From contig OX597824.1 in the NCBI GenBank assembly GCA_951406725.2, positions 35,774,001 to 35,838,000 of the forward strand: DNA of 64,000 nt, given 5' to 3'. Made by a program: the position numbers and the translations under genes. The notes under the pieces were generated by a model that saw only the letters and a program-made list of their open reading frames with translations, searched no databases and had not been told where the DNA came from. Shown one piece after another: positions 1-13,409 of this stretch. Origin of the DNA: Octopus vulgaris. Lineage: Eukaryota. The number at the start of each line of letters is the position of its first letter. Position 1 is the stretch's first letter.

Positions 1-1010
1 TGTGGGTAGTTAAGAAATAGGTATTTCGTCTGCCGCTACTTTCTGAGTTCAAATTCCGCCGGGGTCGACTTTGCCTTTCATCCTTTCAGGGTCGATTAAA
101 TAAGTACCAGTTAAGCACTGGGGTCGATATAATCGACTTAATCCGTTTGTCTGTCCTTGTTTATCCTCTCTGTGTTTAGCTCCTTGCGGGTAGTAAAGAA
201 ATGGGTATTCCGGTATATCGTCTGCTACTACGTTCTGAGTTCAAATTCCGCCGAGGTCCACTTTGCCTTTCATCCTTTCAGGGTTGATGAAATAAGTACC
301 AGTTACGCACAGGGGTCGATGTAATCGACTAGCCCCCTTCCCCCCAAATTTTCAAGGCCTTGTGCCTAGTGTAGAGATAATCATTTATATGTGGGGAAAG
401 GAGGCGAGTTGGTAGTATCGTTAGGCGGGCAAAATGCTGATCGGCATTTCGACCGTCTTTACATTTTGAGTTCAAATTCCGCCGAGATCAACTTTACCTT
501 TCATCCTTTCGGGGTCGATAAAACAAGTACCTGTCGAGCACTGCAGTCAATCTAATCTACCTACCCACTCTCTCAAAATTTCAGGCCTCGTGTCTATTTT
601 TTATGTGAGTAGAGAATGACCTAGCAGAATCGTTCGCGCGTAAGATTAAAAGCTTAGCGTCATTTCTTCTGGCTCAGTTCTTAGTTGAAAATCCGCCGAG
701 ATCCTTTCGGGTCGATAAAATAAGTACTAATATAGCGCTGGGGTTGATGTAATTGACTTAACCCCTCCCTCAAAATTTCAGGCTCTGTGCGTAGAGTATA
801 ACGGAGGTGGAGAGCTGGCAGAATCGTTAGCACGTCGGATAAAATGCTTAGTATAATTTTTTCTGACTCTTTTCGTTCTGAGCTCAAATTCTGCCGAGAT
901 TAACTTTGTCTTACTTTTTTCTCCGAGTCGACAAAAAATAAAGTAACAGCCAAGTACTGGAGTCGATGTTTTCGACTTTTTTCTCTCTTCAAAATTACCG
1001 ACCTTGTTTC
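1..1010 (+). mobile_element. Cluster of tRNA-derived SINE family A copies (tandem multimer at 1-380 plus three diverged copies)
   Basis: Repeated core GTTCAAATTCC (B-box-like) + GCCGAGGTCGACTTTGCCTTTCATCCTTTCGGGGTCGATAAATTAAGTACCAG + CTGGGGTCGATGTAATCGACT. The same sequence recurs about 25 times in the window. The central domain resembles, from recall, the Meta/MESC-type SINE domain. Confidence 0.9.
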
Positions 1011-1134
1011 AGGATTAGGAAGAAGCATTTTTATGTGGTTTTTCTTTTGTACTTCGAATTCCTTCTGTAAAGGAAGGGACGGTTCCTAACAAAGTAGGAA
1101 ACACCTATCATCGCAAACAATTATTCAATTGTAG

Positions 1135-1530
1135 ATGCAGGTATGGCTGTGTGGTAAAAAGCTTGCTTCTTGAGACATTGTTCCGAGTTCAGTCGCACGC
1201 ATGGCACCTTCGGCAAGTGTCTTCTACTATAGCCCCGAACCGACCAAAGCTTGTGAGTGGATTTGGTAGACAGAAACTGAAAGAAGCTCGTCGTATATGC
1301 GTGTGTGGTTATGTGTATGCGTGTGAGTATTTGTGTCTGTGTTTGTCCTCCATCACTGCTTGTCAACTGGTGTTGGTCTGTTTACGTCCCCGTTATCTGG
1401 CGGTTCAACGAAAACTGTCAATAGAATAAGTACCACGCTTTAAAAAAGCGCTGGAATCGACTCGTTCGACTGAAATTCTTCCAGCTTGGCCGCAGTTTCA
1501 TGATTGAAACTAGAAAAAGAAAAAAAGAAA
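1135..1530 (+). mobile_element. tRNA-derived SINE family B, diverged copy
   Basis: Head GGCTGTGTGGTAA...GTTCAGTC, body GGCAAGTGTCTTCTACTATAGCC...GTGAGTGGATTTGGTAGAC, internal (GT)-rich tract and tail GGCCGCAGT...TGAAAC; matches the full copies at 12959 and 57792. Confidence 0.85.
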
Positions 1531-1993
1531 ATTAAATTGAATTTTAGAAAAATACTTGCATCTCTTAACTATTGTACTTACACACTGTTTTTTTACAGAA
1601 TGTATCACATTCTCAACCCAGTTGTTGTTAAGGTCGGGGTAATCGACAAACTCGAACGAACCACTTCCCATCTTCATACAACTGTAATTATTAATTAAAA
1701 TTTTAATTGTAATTTTGTTTCTGGTAGCTGAATTTTAATTGTAATTTTGAGGTTCTGACAGCTAATGACAGAGCCATTTCAAAAACTGGAATAGCCAAGC
1801 CCGTTATTTCTAAATCCTGACTACGCCCTATGATTCATAACCTGAAACCCCCGGTTTTTCTCCATTGCAAGTAAGACCCTTAGTAAATTAGACTAAGAAC
1901 AAAAACATAGGCATGGAGATATAGTATAAGTAACATAATATAAGTAACAAACCATTGTCCAGAAATACTCGTTTCCAAGCTTTTTCAAGAAGA

Positions 1994-2222
1994 TGCAACC
2001 TACCTCGATAAATATAAATCCTTTTTCTATTTTCCATCTTAAACTGTATCAAGTCTGTTATGTTTGTATTCACCGAAAGTTTTCAAGGAAATATTCCACT
2101 AATATCTCTTGTGTTGATTATGTATGAATATACTCAACATCAGAAATATTTCTCGTCATTGTCTCAGGGCAATCTTTCTACCGGATGGCATTGTATATTA
2201 TTTTAGCAACAATATCATGCTG
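1994..2222 (-). mobile_element. Decayed R4/Dong-clade non-LTR retrotransposon, restriction-like endonuclease fragment
   Basis: Manual minus-strand translation across stops and frameshifts: (R)HDIVAKIIYNAIR*KDCP ... Y*WNISLKT..KHNR(L)DTV ... FIEVGC, which correspond to the RHD, HNRPD and IEV motifs of RLE elements. Homologous to 23815-24590. Confidence 0.7.
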
Positions 2223-2941
2223 CACTTATGTATGCATTACATGTTTTGGTTTTATATTTAAAACTTCTACCAAAAGAACCAGCTTTCAGCACAAAGACAA
2301 GCCTCTTTCATTGAAATTTAGATAATATCCGTTAAGTCGTGATATATGCTATATATGTACTTACGTATGTGTGTATGTGTGTATGTGTCTGTATATATGT
2401 ACGTATATGTCTGTTTGTCTGTATAGATGTATATATCTAAGCATGCACGTATGTATGTATGTATGTATGTATGTATGTATGTATGTATGTATGTATGTAT
2501 GTATGTGTATGTATGTATGTGTTTGTATGTATGTATGTATGTATGTATGTATGCATGCATGTATGTGCAGAGTGAAAGGCTGGTAGGATCATTTGATTTC
2601 GAAAAATTACATATGCAAGATCTTATTCCCAGCCATTTGTTCGACACACTACCATTTCACCATCTTCAGATTTATCAATATTGCAACATATAAATATTTC
2701 TGGTCACCAGAATGAAGCCGCTAATTTGGGATGGTGTATAAGTGACAATAGTTTCAAGGGTGGGGTTCAAAAACTGGTATTGAAGTGAGAGGTGCAAAAC
2801 AGGGGGTAGTGTTGAAATAAAAGAAGAGGAAATAAGCGGAGCAAACTGCACTGAATGACACAAATACATACAGAGGAAAGGGCATCGCTGCCTTTTATTA
2901 TGTTCATTTGAGAGTGCGGGGTTGGGTGAATGGTTGCATAT

Positions 2942-3174
2942 AAGGCGGAGAGCTGGCAGAACCGTTAGCACGCCGGGCGAAATGCGTAGCCGTATTTCGT
3001 CTGCCGTTACGTTCTGAGTTCAAATTCCGCCGAGGTCGACTTTGCCTTTCATCTTTTCGGGGTCGATAAATTAAGTACCAGTTACGCACTGGGGTCGATG
3101 TAATCGACTTAATCCGTTTGTCTGTCCTTGTTTGTCCCGTCTGTGTTTAGCTCATTGTGGGTAGTAAAGAAATG
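2942..3174 (+). mobile_element. SINE family A, full-length monomer with 14-bp TSD
   Basis: Head AAGGCGGAGAGCTGGCAGAA through tail GTAGTAAAGAAAT; flanked by GAATGGTTGCATAT at 2928-2941 and 3175-3188. Confidence 0.92.
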
Positions 3175-3439
3175 GAATGGTTGCATATGCACACACATGG
3201 ACGTATGGATGTATGGGTGTTGTTATCTACCTAAACTCAGGTCATCGCACATCCAAAATGCTTATGATCAAAAGTATTCCAGTCATGACAACCCCGCTTC
3301 TTTCTTCTAAATAGATGCGCTGCATCTAAAATCCTCTACGTCCTTCCTTCTTGGAGACGGTGATGTGATATTGGAAAGATATCTGGTCGAGTAGCCATAC
3401 ACAATTTCCCTCCTTGATCGCTACCTATGCATATCTGCG

Positions 3440-3655
3440 ATTGGTTTCAAATTTTGGTACAAGGCCAGCAATATTGAAGGAGAGGATAAGTCGATTGCAT
3501 TAACCCCTGCGCTCGACTGTTACTTATGCTATCGACCCTGACAGGATGGAAGGTAAAGTCGTACTCGGTAGAATTTGAACTTAGAACGTAAGGACGGACG
3601 AAATGCCGCTAAGCATTTTTCGGGTGTGCTAACGATTCTGCCACCTTGCCGCCTT
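3440..3655 (-). mobile_element. SINE family A, diverged antisense copy
   Basis: Reverse complement of the family A head, core and alternative tail (ACAAGGCC...GTCGATT...GAACTTAGAACGTAA...CGCCGCCTT). Confidence 0.8.
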
Positions 3656-3689
3656 ATGTACGTATATCATTGATATATTTCTATTGGTT

Positions 3690-5080
3690 TGGTCTGGAAG
3701 AAGAGATGAGCCCATGGATTCTTCGTAGGTCCTCTGAGTGAGATTCGATACTGTTAACGTTCCGTTTGAAGTGTTGTAAGTCGACATGTGCAGGAAAATC
3801 TGGAGAATTGAGGTTTCGAGGAAAAATATATGGATGTAGTAGTCAGCATAAGACCTGTGAGAGGACACAGAATATGGGCAGGGAAAAGGTGAAGAGTGGA
3901 AGTAGAGGAACGTGCCTGGAGGGTGGCATAAATTAGCAAATTCCGAGGATGCCATTGTAGTACCAATAGAAGAGACAGAGAGGAGACAGCCTTTCTGTGC
4001 AACAGAGGTTGCAGTGTGTTTGTGAATAACTTCATGCCGATGAGCTAAATGGTATTTCTTTCGGATACGGTCAAAAATATTTGTGTGTGTGTATCAGCAA
4101 CACCGTCCTTAATTGGGAGAAGAATTCCATTGTGGATTTCAAGAAAGTTTTCCACAGAATTAGTGGTTGTTTGAGTTGGGATACAGAAGTATTTGAAGTC
4201 TTTGCTATGTTAAGGCGCCGAGCTGGCAGAATCGCTAGCACACCGGGCGAAATGCTTAGCGGTATTTCGTCTGCATTACGTTGTGAGTTCAAATTCCGCC
4301 GAGGTCGACTTTGCCTTTCATCCTTTCGGGGTCGATAAATTAAGTACCAGTTACGCACTGGGGTCGATGTAATCGACTTAATACCTATGTCTGTCCTTGT
4401 TTGTCCCCTCTGTCTTTAGCCCCTTGTGGGTAATAAAGAAATAGGTATTTCGTCTGCCGTTACATTCTGAGTTCACATTCCGCCGAGGTCGACTTTGCCT
4501 TTCATCCTTTCGGGGTGGATAAATTAAGTACCAGTTTCGCACTGGGGTCGATGTAATCGACTTAATCCGTTTGTCTGTCCTTGTCCGTCCCCTCTGTGTT
4601 TAACCCCTTGTGGGCAATAAAGAAATATATGTTGAAGATGTGCGTTTGCTACGAGAGATGTACAGTGATGGTGAGGCCTTTCCTTTCAAACAGTCATAAG
4701 TGTTGTAGTTGTGTACAGTTCATGTCAATTGGACGGAGGAGCATGTACGATAATGATTTGTTGATATGTGTAATGAATGTGTGCTTTTGTTGCTGGAAAG
4801 GAGAAAAGGTTCGGTCTCAATGGTGAATATTTTTCGCGTCTCCAATTCTGTTTATGTTGGAAGGGGATAACACTTGAGAGAGATCATTTAGGGAGACGAT
4901 AGGATATCATAGACTTAAGAATGGGCGTTGCTTGAAATTAGAGCAAGCAGTGGGGACGGGAGTGTGGGAACAGGTGTAAACCGTAGTTGTTAAGGGTGTA
5001 AGTCAGAAAGATCTCCATCAGCACACGATGTCACGATGTTATGGCTCTTTAACTGGAACCAATGATTCCAAGAAATGGAA
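3690..5080 (-). mobile_element. Possible very old LINE relic (CR1-like RT C-terminus), interrupted by a SINE
   Basis: Non-repetitive, strand-biased segment. The minus strand near 4830-4930 reads RPIL...SQVLSPSNINRI..FT, resembling CR1 RPILEY..VWSP...I..IE.VQ..FT, but with many indels. Confidence 0.3.
4213..4627 (+). mobile_element. SINE family A dimer with 6-bp TSD
   Basis: One head and two bodies joined at AAAGAAATA|GGTATTTCG (4443/4444); flanked by TATGTT at 4206-4211 and 4628-4633. Confidence 0.9.
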
Positions 5081-6481
5081 GAGAGCTTGAGAGGGTTTCT
5101 ATGTGGTTGACCTACTAGAAATAACACCCAAAATATCATTAAAATAACGCCCTGCCACCTTAAACAAGGGCACATTGAGTAATTTGGTCCTAAATTCCTC
5201 GCGCACAAAAGAAAAACAGGATGGTCATGACCGGAATGCCTTTGATCACAGATCAGTAACAAATTTATTCACATTTGGTGTGAGAAAGTATTTGGATTTG
5301 TTTTTCCAATCCATCCGAGTTTTTATATTCAATGACAATTTATTTCAGCATTTAATATTATGGTGCTTCTAATTATTTTTGTTACCTAAAATCACATATT
5401 ATTGCTTTTATTTTGCGCATTTTATCGATCCGGTCATTACATAGCGATTACTCGAGCGTATCTCCAACGTATTTATTCTCCTTAAAAATGTTGTCTCAGT
5501 TATTCAGTTACGTTGTCTTTTTCTTTTTTACATAAAAAACCGCCCAAGACTCTCTTTCCATTAAATTTAATGGAGAATTAATTCCTGTAGGCCATTTCCT
5601 ATAATGTAACGACAAAACCGCAAGGTGCCCTGGTGGGAGGAAATAGATTTCACGATGAATTTTGTGAATCCCAGCATTTCATGACAGTGGGTCTTTTATT
5701 AGAAAATATAATGTGTAGGCCAGTACTTCCAGATGACGTTTCCTGGGGGGTAAACACTGAAGAATTTTGACGATGAAAAATGACTTCCAGACACGTTAAG
5801 GTCATACCGGCGACATTTACATTCATAATGATTTTTAATTAACTACTCGGTTTTTTCCGTTATTTTTTCTTTTTTGTTGTTGCTTTTTCCTGTCGGTTTA
5901 ATTGTTTCTACCTTAATAGCCGTTAATAACAGAAATATGTTTTTCATAAAGATGGTTAGCTGTTAACGAGCCATTTCGAAAAGAGTTCGATTACTTTCGA
6001 TCATTTCATTTTTGCTTGCTTTTGCCTTATCTTTAAGCAGAGTATTTCTACGTCCGGTCGTTTGTTTCTTCTCCCCGCTTTGCAGTAGTATCCTGAGTAT
6101 CAGCTTTGCCTTCCATCCTTTCGGAGTCGATAAAAAAAATTCTGGGTTCGATGTAATCGGTTTCTCCTTCCCCTCAAAAGGGGTAGCTTTGTACCAAATT
6201 TAGTTAGAAGGAATTATTGAAGAAATAAAATATTTTTATGCATGTATGTATGTATATATTATGAACGTGTGTGTCTTTGTGTCAATGTTTGTCCCACACC
6301 ACCGCCTGACAATAGATTTGGTGAGTTTACGACCTCTTCACCTAGCGATTCGGCAAAAGTATTCAATAGATTAAGTACCAGCCTTTTAATAAATGTGTAC
6401 TGGGGTCTATTCATTCGGCTAAAATTCTTCAAGGCAGTATCCCAGCATGGTTGCAGTCTAATAACTGAAACAAGCAAAACA

Positions 6482-6522
<41 letters not shown>

Positions 6523-6627
6523 CATACAATGTCTGGATGTCTGGTGTAGAGTTTCTCATCTACCATCACCCCTGTTGGTTTTAATTTTTCAAACGTTCAT
6601 TGCGTACAGCAATATAGTGCATTGCTC

Positions 6628-6659
<32 letters not shown>

Positions 6660-6999
6660 TGGTTTTAGTTTATACAGCTGTTAAAATTTCCCCGAACGCT
6701 TTCACAAAGGCAGAATTGCGGGTCGTATGTCGACATTCGTGGTCTTACTTTACAATTTCCGTAAGTATCGGAATCCGTAACTAGAGTTTCTGTAAGTTTC
6801 CGTAACTAGAGTTTCTATGTGCTGTATATTAGGGGACGGTAACCTACGATTCATTTTAGTTATTTACGAAATGACAATAATTGTATTATTAGGCGCACGT
6901 TTTACAATGTAATATACCTAGATACTATGTGCTGTTTATTAGCCAACTTCGCTGTGCACTGAGAAATCGTTGCGGGTTAGAGGTTAAGATAAAAAACCC

Positions 7000-7228
7000 A
7001 CTTCGGTCGCAATGGTCATGTGATTGCGCCAAGAAAGTTCCCCTCCGAGGCACAAATTCGGGCAAGATTATTTGTGGAGGATCAGCAGTCGCCAATGCAT
7101 ACCAGTGTCCCCTCTCTACGCCACCGATGTTGTCCAAGTGAAATGCAAAGGCCGATACAGTTTGGCATCAGTGACGTTTCATCTCACTTCTACAGCAGAG
7201 TGAACTGGAGTAACATGAAATAAAGTAT
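7000..7228 (-). mobile_element. CORE-like SINE family C, 5'-truncated antisense copy
   Basis: Reverse complement matches 8805-8975 (ACTTTATTTCA..GTT.CTCCAGTTC.CTC.GCTGTAGAA.TGAG...GTATCGGCC...GGCGACTGCTG). Confidence 0.75.
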
Positions 7229-7549
7229 GTGTGAGTGCGTGCGTGCAGGTATGTATGCAGGTGTGTTCTCTTTCACTTTTTAATTTAAAATAAACTCTGA
7301 CTGGCTACCTGCTTGGTAGGAAGGTTGTAAAGGAAAGTATCTTACTTTGTTCATCATTTAAATTTTCAGATTTTTATCATCCCAGATATCGTATCATATG
7401 TAGTGTGTACAAATTGAGGGTTTGCGTTCTCTCCTCAAGAACCCAAGCTCAGCCATACTTTGCTCCAGAATGGTTGGTATGTATCCTGTTGCTCCAAAAA
7501 TAGCAGGTATGAAGCTGAAAGTGCATCTTGGGTATTAGATTAGCAAACT

Positions 7550-7775
7550 GCGAGCTGGCAGAAACGTTAGCACGTCGGACGAAATGCGTAGCCGTATTTT
7601 GTCTGCCGTTACGTTCTGAGTTCAAATTCCGCCGAGGTCAACTTTGCCTTTCATCCTTTCGGGGTCGATAAATTAAGTACCAGTTACGCACTGGGGCCGA
7701 TGTAATCGACTTAATCCGTTTGTCTGTCCTTGTTTGTCCCGTCTGTGTTTAGCCCCTTGTGGGTAGTAAAGAAAC
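7550..7775 (+). mobile_element. SINE family A monomer with 13-bp TSD
   Basis: Flanked by AGATTAGCAAACT at 7537-7549 and 7776-7788. Confidence 0.92.
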
Positions 7776-7840
7776 AGATTAGCAAACTCTATAGATGTCC
7801 TATTCCTAACGTATATATACCTGCATTCATTCATTCATTC

Positions 7841-7871
<31 letters not shown>

Positions 7872-8020
7872 TGTATGTATGTATGTATGTATGTATGTAT
7901 GTATGTATGTATGTATTTATGTATGCATGCATGTCTATGGATATGAATAAAGTGAGAGAGAGTGGATAAGAAAGAGGGAGAATGAGATAAAGTATACAGA
8001 TAATAGGTTGTTAGTGTGCG

Positions 8021-8060
<40 letters not shown>

Positions 8061-8266
8061 TGTAAATTGTTGTTGCCATTTAAGTTCCAGATCAGCATTG
8101 ATAAAGGAGGCCTGTGGTCAAAGCCATTCTATCCGTGACCATCTATCTTTTTAGAGGCATGCAGAAGTACATCATTAAATGCATTCCTACTGTAGCCCTT
8201 TCCTTATGTGACGGTAGATTTTGTGAAGGATTTGGCTATGTGTGTGTGTATGTATATATATATATA

Positions 8267-8539
8267 GGCGCAGGAGTGGCTGTGTGATAAGTAGCTTGCT
8301 TACCAACTACATGGTTCCGGGTTCAGTCCCACTGCGTGGCATCTTGGGCAAGTGTCTTCTGCTATAGCCTCGGGCCGACTAATGCCTTGTGAGTGGACTT
8401 GGTAGACGGAAACTGAAAGAAGCCTGTCGTATATATGTATATATATATATATGTATTTGTGTGTGTGTTTGTGTTTGTGTGCTTGTCCCCCTAGCATTGC
8501 TTGACAACCGATGCTGGTGTGTTTACGTCCCCGTCACTT

Positions 8540-8543
<4 letters not shown>
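8267..8543 (+). mobile_element. SINE family B, 3'-truncated at a (GT)n tract
   Basis: Near-consensus head GGCGCAGGAGTGGCTGTGTG...GGTTCAGTCCC and body. Confidence 0.9.
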
Positions 8544-8581
<38 letters not shown>

Positions 8582-8649
8582 TGTATAGAGAGAGAGAGGT
8601 AGATAGATACATATATATAAGTGGATATATGTATATATCTACGTTAAGG

Positions 8650-9268
8650 TAAAAGGATAAAACCGTTCCTGAGTCCTATAAGCCCATAGGGCCGTTTTAC
8701 CGGTTTGCGTGGCGTATATATCCCCCACAGGATATTGTGAAGGCGCAGGGCTCAGTGGTTAGTGTTCGATTCCCGGACCAGGCAGCATGTTGTGTTCTTG
8801 AGCAAGACACTTTATTTCACGTTGCTCCAGTTCGCTCAGCTGTAGAAATGAGTTGCGACGGTACTGGTGCCAAGTTGTATCGGCCATTGCCTTCCCCTTG
8901 GATAACATAGGTTGCGAAGAGATGGGAGATTGGTACGCATGGGCGACTGCTGGTCTTCCATAAAAACAACCCTAAGTTACGCGTCCGCCAGTGAGGCGAC
9001 TTTCTGCCCAGACTTCTATCCCGGAGTGGAACCTCTTAGTTACACCAATGGTCATTTGAGACCGACGGAGTCGAGAGTTAGATTGATATCCCCCACCTGG
9101 ATGGGATGCCGGTCTGTCGTAGGACCACTCATTTTTGCCAGCTGAGTGGACTGGAATAACAGAAAATGAAGTGTTTTACTCAAAAATATTACGCGTCGCC
9201 CGGTTCAGGAACCGAAACTACAATTTACATTCATGAGTTCAACACCCTAACCACTAAGCCATGCTTCT
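8650..9268. mobile_element. Nested CORE-like SINEs: plus-strand family C copy (about 8738-9085) inside a minus-strand copy
   Basis: Plus copy has tRNA head GGCTCAGTGGTTAG..GTTCGATTCCC and CORE-like TTGAGCAAGACACTTTATTTCAC. The host copy is split, with the 11-bp direct repeat ATATCCCCCAC at 8718-8728 and 9086-9096. Confidence 0.75.
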
Positions 9269-9319
9269 CATATATATATAAACACACTATACATATATAT
9301 ATATACATGTATATAAACA

Positions 9320-9385
<66 letters not shown>

Positions 9386-10534
9386 GCACGCACATATTTG
9401 TATGTATGTATGTATGTATGTATGTATGTATGTATGTATGTATGTATGTATGTATGTATGTATGTATATGCCAAGAACGCATAAACGATAGACATTCGGG
9501 AATAAATAACTCCTATCCTAATACTTATTTTCTTACAATACAAATATTTATATAAGATTTACGAGACAGGCAATATTCTAAGCTTTATGATCTGAAATTA
9601 GATTTTCATATTTCCGACAATTAGCGGGATTTATATTATTTTTCAACAATAATAATGATGGTGTAGCGTTAAAACAACAATATCTAACTAATAAAAAGAC
9701 GTGACTGGGGGTGGGTGTTTCCTAAATGAACGTAGTGCAAAATCAACATGAGTAATAATCAAAGCCACACGGGGAGTGCGGAAACTGCTGAAAGATTTAC
9801 TAGTCGAAAACTATCTGTTTATAATTATTTTGAAATATTTAGTTTAACACAACAACCAATTAAGCTATACTTATCAATTCAGATTCACTTCCATTTTGAT
9901 AAGTTACGTGAGCATTTACGCATGCGCACGTATTTTCCAGTTCTTCCAGCAACACTAGCTACTATTATTATTCCCTTCAGCATTTTCTTTTTTCTTTTTT
10001 CTTTTTTTTTTTTTTTTGTTTCATCTATAAAAGATAGTCACGGAGCAATTTTTCTCGTCACGGCACTCATCAGAAATTTCCTGCAGTTTCTGCTAACTCA
10101 ACAACAATCCCAGATTTCCAAATTTCCTTGTGGTTTGGATTATTTTCAGAATAATTGAAAGTAATTTAAAAAATCTAATAGACGCTAAATAGTCTGTAAT
10201 TAAGAAATTCTGTTAGATATCTATAATTCTCCATTGTAGGCATATAGAATTCTGTGATATAGCTCCATATAATTCAATGTTATAGCAATATATAATCATG
10301 TTATTTTCACATATAATTCTGTTATAGGCATATATAATTCAATATTATAGTCTCATATAAAATTCAGTGACTAGTCTTGTAGCCATAGCCATTAAATATT
10401 TACCATAGAGCGTGGTTAATAACGGGTTATAAAGGAACGGGTTTTGTAATAACTTTGGATTTCCGATTTGTTAATTTCATATTTCCTAGTTTTTTTGTTT
10501 GACACAACGTTTCACTCTGTTTGCGGGTATGCTA

Positions 10535-10615
<81 letters not shown>

Positions 10616-10637
10616 CTCTCCTTGTTGTTTTTTCTGT

Positions 10638-10679
10638 GTCCCTTTCTGTAGAAGAGCGTAGGCTCGAAACGTAAAAGAC
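10638..10679 (+). ncRNA. Minimal type I hammerhead-ribozyme-like motif in a Penelope-like short repeat (about 10612-10775)
   Basis: CUUU-CUGUAGA-A-GAGC(GUAG)GCUC-GAAAC-GUA-AAAG: stems I and II pair; the core deviates at A6 (U). Confidence 0.55.
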
Positions 10680-12858
10680 TTTTTCAATTTCCTGAACGTT
10701 ATACTAATATATCTGTTTGTTTTATATACCACCTGTCTTCGTCTTTTGTTTTTTCGTGAACTCTCCCCCTATATATAATTTTATTTATTCATTTATAGTT
10801 ATGGAATAAGTTTGTTTATTAAAATTCGATTATATTCATTAAAATATAACCAAATATTGTTTCATATTGTATTGTGTAAAGATGCAAAAAGTAAATGTTT
10901 TAGTGAATAACTATTCAAAATATCAAAACCGTTCTAAATTATTTTAGAACACTAAACTATCTGGGGTCATTAAAAGAAAGTTAATTCACTTTTCGGCTCC
11001 TCTTCTATTGACTTCGGAGATACATCTATTATGGTTCCTTTGTAAACTTAGGGAAACATGCTACATAAATAATTATGCGATTCTTTCAGCCAAAAAAAAT
11101 CATAGCGATATTAAAAAGTAACGGCAAAAACGTAGGAGAAAAGTGCTTTCCCATCATAGAGGTTGTTAAAGGGTTGCAAGAAGATTTCATATGGTTTTTC
11201 ACAGTAAATGTTTTGTGAATAGAAGGTTGACCAAATGTGACATCAGAAAGTGACTGCAGCTGTCTTTGCAAGAAATCAGAATGTGGGAAACGTTTGTGAA
11301 ACAGAAATGAAAATCTTGCTTCATTTCAATGAACCATTGTTTTGAAATACACCAATTTTGTAAAAACTCTGTATAACCCCTTAACCCTTTTTATTATTCA
11401 GCCTTCTATTGTTTTTCAAGGAAACCCTTCTGTCGTAATATTTAACTTTTTTATAAGTACCCACGGAAACGCTACGCCATCGATCAACAAGCTGGAAATA
11501 ACAACCAAAGTATCTTCAAGTTATAACCTACCATTTTAAAAATAGCAGGGCACACTGTAGTCCTGGTTAGACTATCTCTGAATAGAAGACAGTTGATTAT
11601 TCACAAGTAAATGACGTTGATCAATAAATCGATTTGATCAAGGCTGAGTTGTGACTAAAAGAAGACCAGCAAAAACACACACACGTTTTAGATTTCGAGA
11701 TCAAATAGAATTAAATTTATTTGAGGTTTTCGTTACCTTACCTTTTGTCAACGTCTTATTGTATAAATTATTTATTACATAAAATTATAACTGCCAATAT
11801 CTAAGAATGCATTTTTGTCTCGAGTACGTTTTCAGGAACGATTAGTGATACGAAAATGTCATTGCTTGAATCTGGAGTCGAAGTTAAATCTGCAAAATTG
11901 CAAAAAAAAAGCTTCTTTGCATTCTAAGATTACATTAGAAATATAGCAGAAATAGAATTGTCCAAATATTGCCATACAAACACATGCAGATGATTGAATG
12001 GAACCGGAAACGAGAGATAAATTGTTAGAATGAAAAACATATCAATGTTTAGTGTACATTGGATTTCTCTTTATTGTGTATTGTCTTCTACCAAATTTTT
12101 TAAGGATGTTAGTAAACAGAAGAAAACATACCAGAAATATTTGCAAATATGTTTTTCTTCTTCACAAAACGACTCTATTTTCTTACAGCATTGAGTTTAG
12201 TTTAAAATATTGTAGAAAATATTTGCAAAGTTTATTTCACGTTGCTCTCGGTGACGATACTGGAATGTCGTTGTCTTAGGATTTCGTATTTTCTAACAAT
12301 GTTAGGAATTTAATGATTTTTATATTGTATAGAGTTGAACAAAACAAGGAATAAGTATTCTTTTTCAGTCTGACTAAAAGAAAACGTGTGAAAGAGGCGG
12401 GGGTAGACTTAGGGTGTGTGAAAAATCTGCTTCCAACAATGGAACAAGTAAGCATCTGTTGGTTTGACTAATATTGGATTGGGAGGAGACGGCAGTTTTG
12501 TAATCTTCAAAATAAACAAATTTCTTTGTTTTTGCCAAACTGACTGAATATTTGAGCTATTTGTCAGTAATGAAGACTATGTAGGAGGGACACTCTGTCC
12601 AAACTCTGAATCATAGATGTTCCTGAGCAATTGCAGAAACACAAGCTGATAGCTGCTACTTTGAAACTAAGTTCATTTAGTGTGAATAATGTTGGATCGA
12701 CGATGTAGTTGTCGTTACTGTCAGGCGGCGCACCATCAAAGAACAGAAAGCTGATGTATTATCTAAGCAACCTGAAAATTAAACATTTTAAAGAAAGATA
12801 GTTGTTTTAGTTAAGGTCAGAGAAGTGATCGCTTCAGTTACACTTACATTTGTCTTCC

Positions 12859-12951
<93 letters not shown>

Positions 12952-12958
12952 ATATATA

Positions 12959-13131
12959 GGCGCAGGAGTGGCTGTGTGGTAAGTAGCTTGTTTACCAACC
13001 ACATGGTTCCGGGTTCAGTCCCACTGCGTGGCATCTTGGGCAAGTGTCTTCTACTATAGCCTCGGGCCGACCAAAGCCTTGTGAGCGGATTTGGTAGACG
13101 GAAACTGAAAGAAGCCCGTCATATATATGTA

Positions 13132-13189
<58 letters not shown>

Positions 13190-13401
13190 TGTGTGTGTTT
13201 ATGTGTCTGTGTTTGTTCCCCTAGCATTGCTTGACAACCTATGCTGGTGTGTTTATGTCCCCGTCACTTAGCGGTTCGGCAAAAGAGGCCGATAGAATAA
13301 GTACTGTTCTTACAAAAGAATAAGTCCCGGGGTCGAGTTGCTCGATTAAAAGGCGGTGCTCCAGCATGGCCGCAGTCAAATGACTGAAACAAGTAAAAGA
13401 G
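12959..13401 (+). mobile_element. SINE family B, full length
   Basis: Complete head, body, internal (TA)n, and tail GGCGGTGCTCCAGCATGGCCGCAGTCAAATGACTGAAACAAGTAAAAGAG; preceded by a (TA)/(GA) microsatellite. Confidence 0.93.
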
Positions 13402-13409
13402 TATATATA

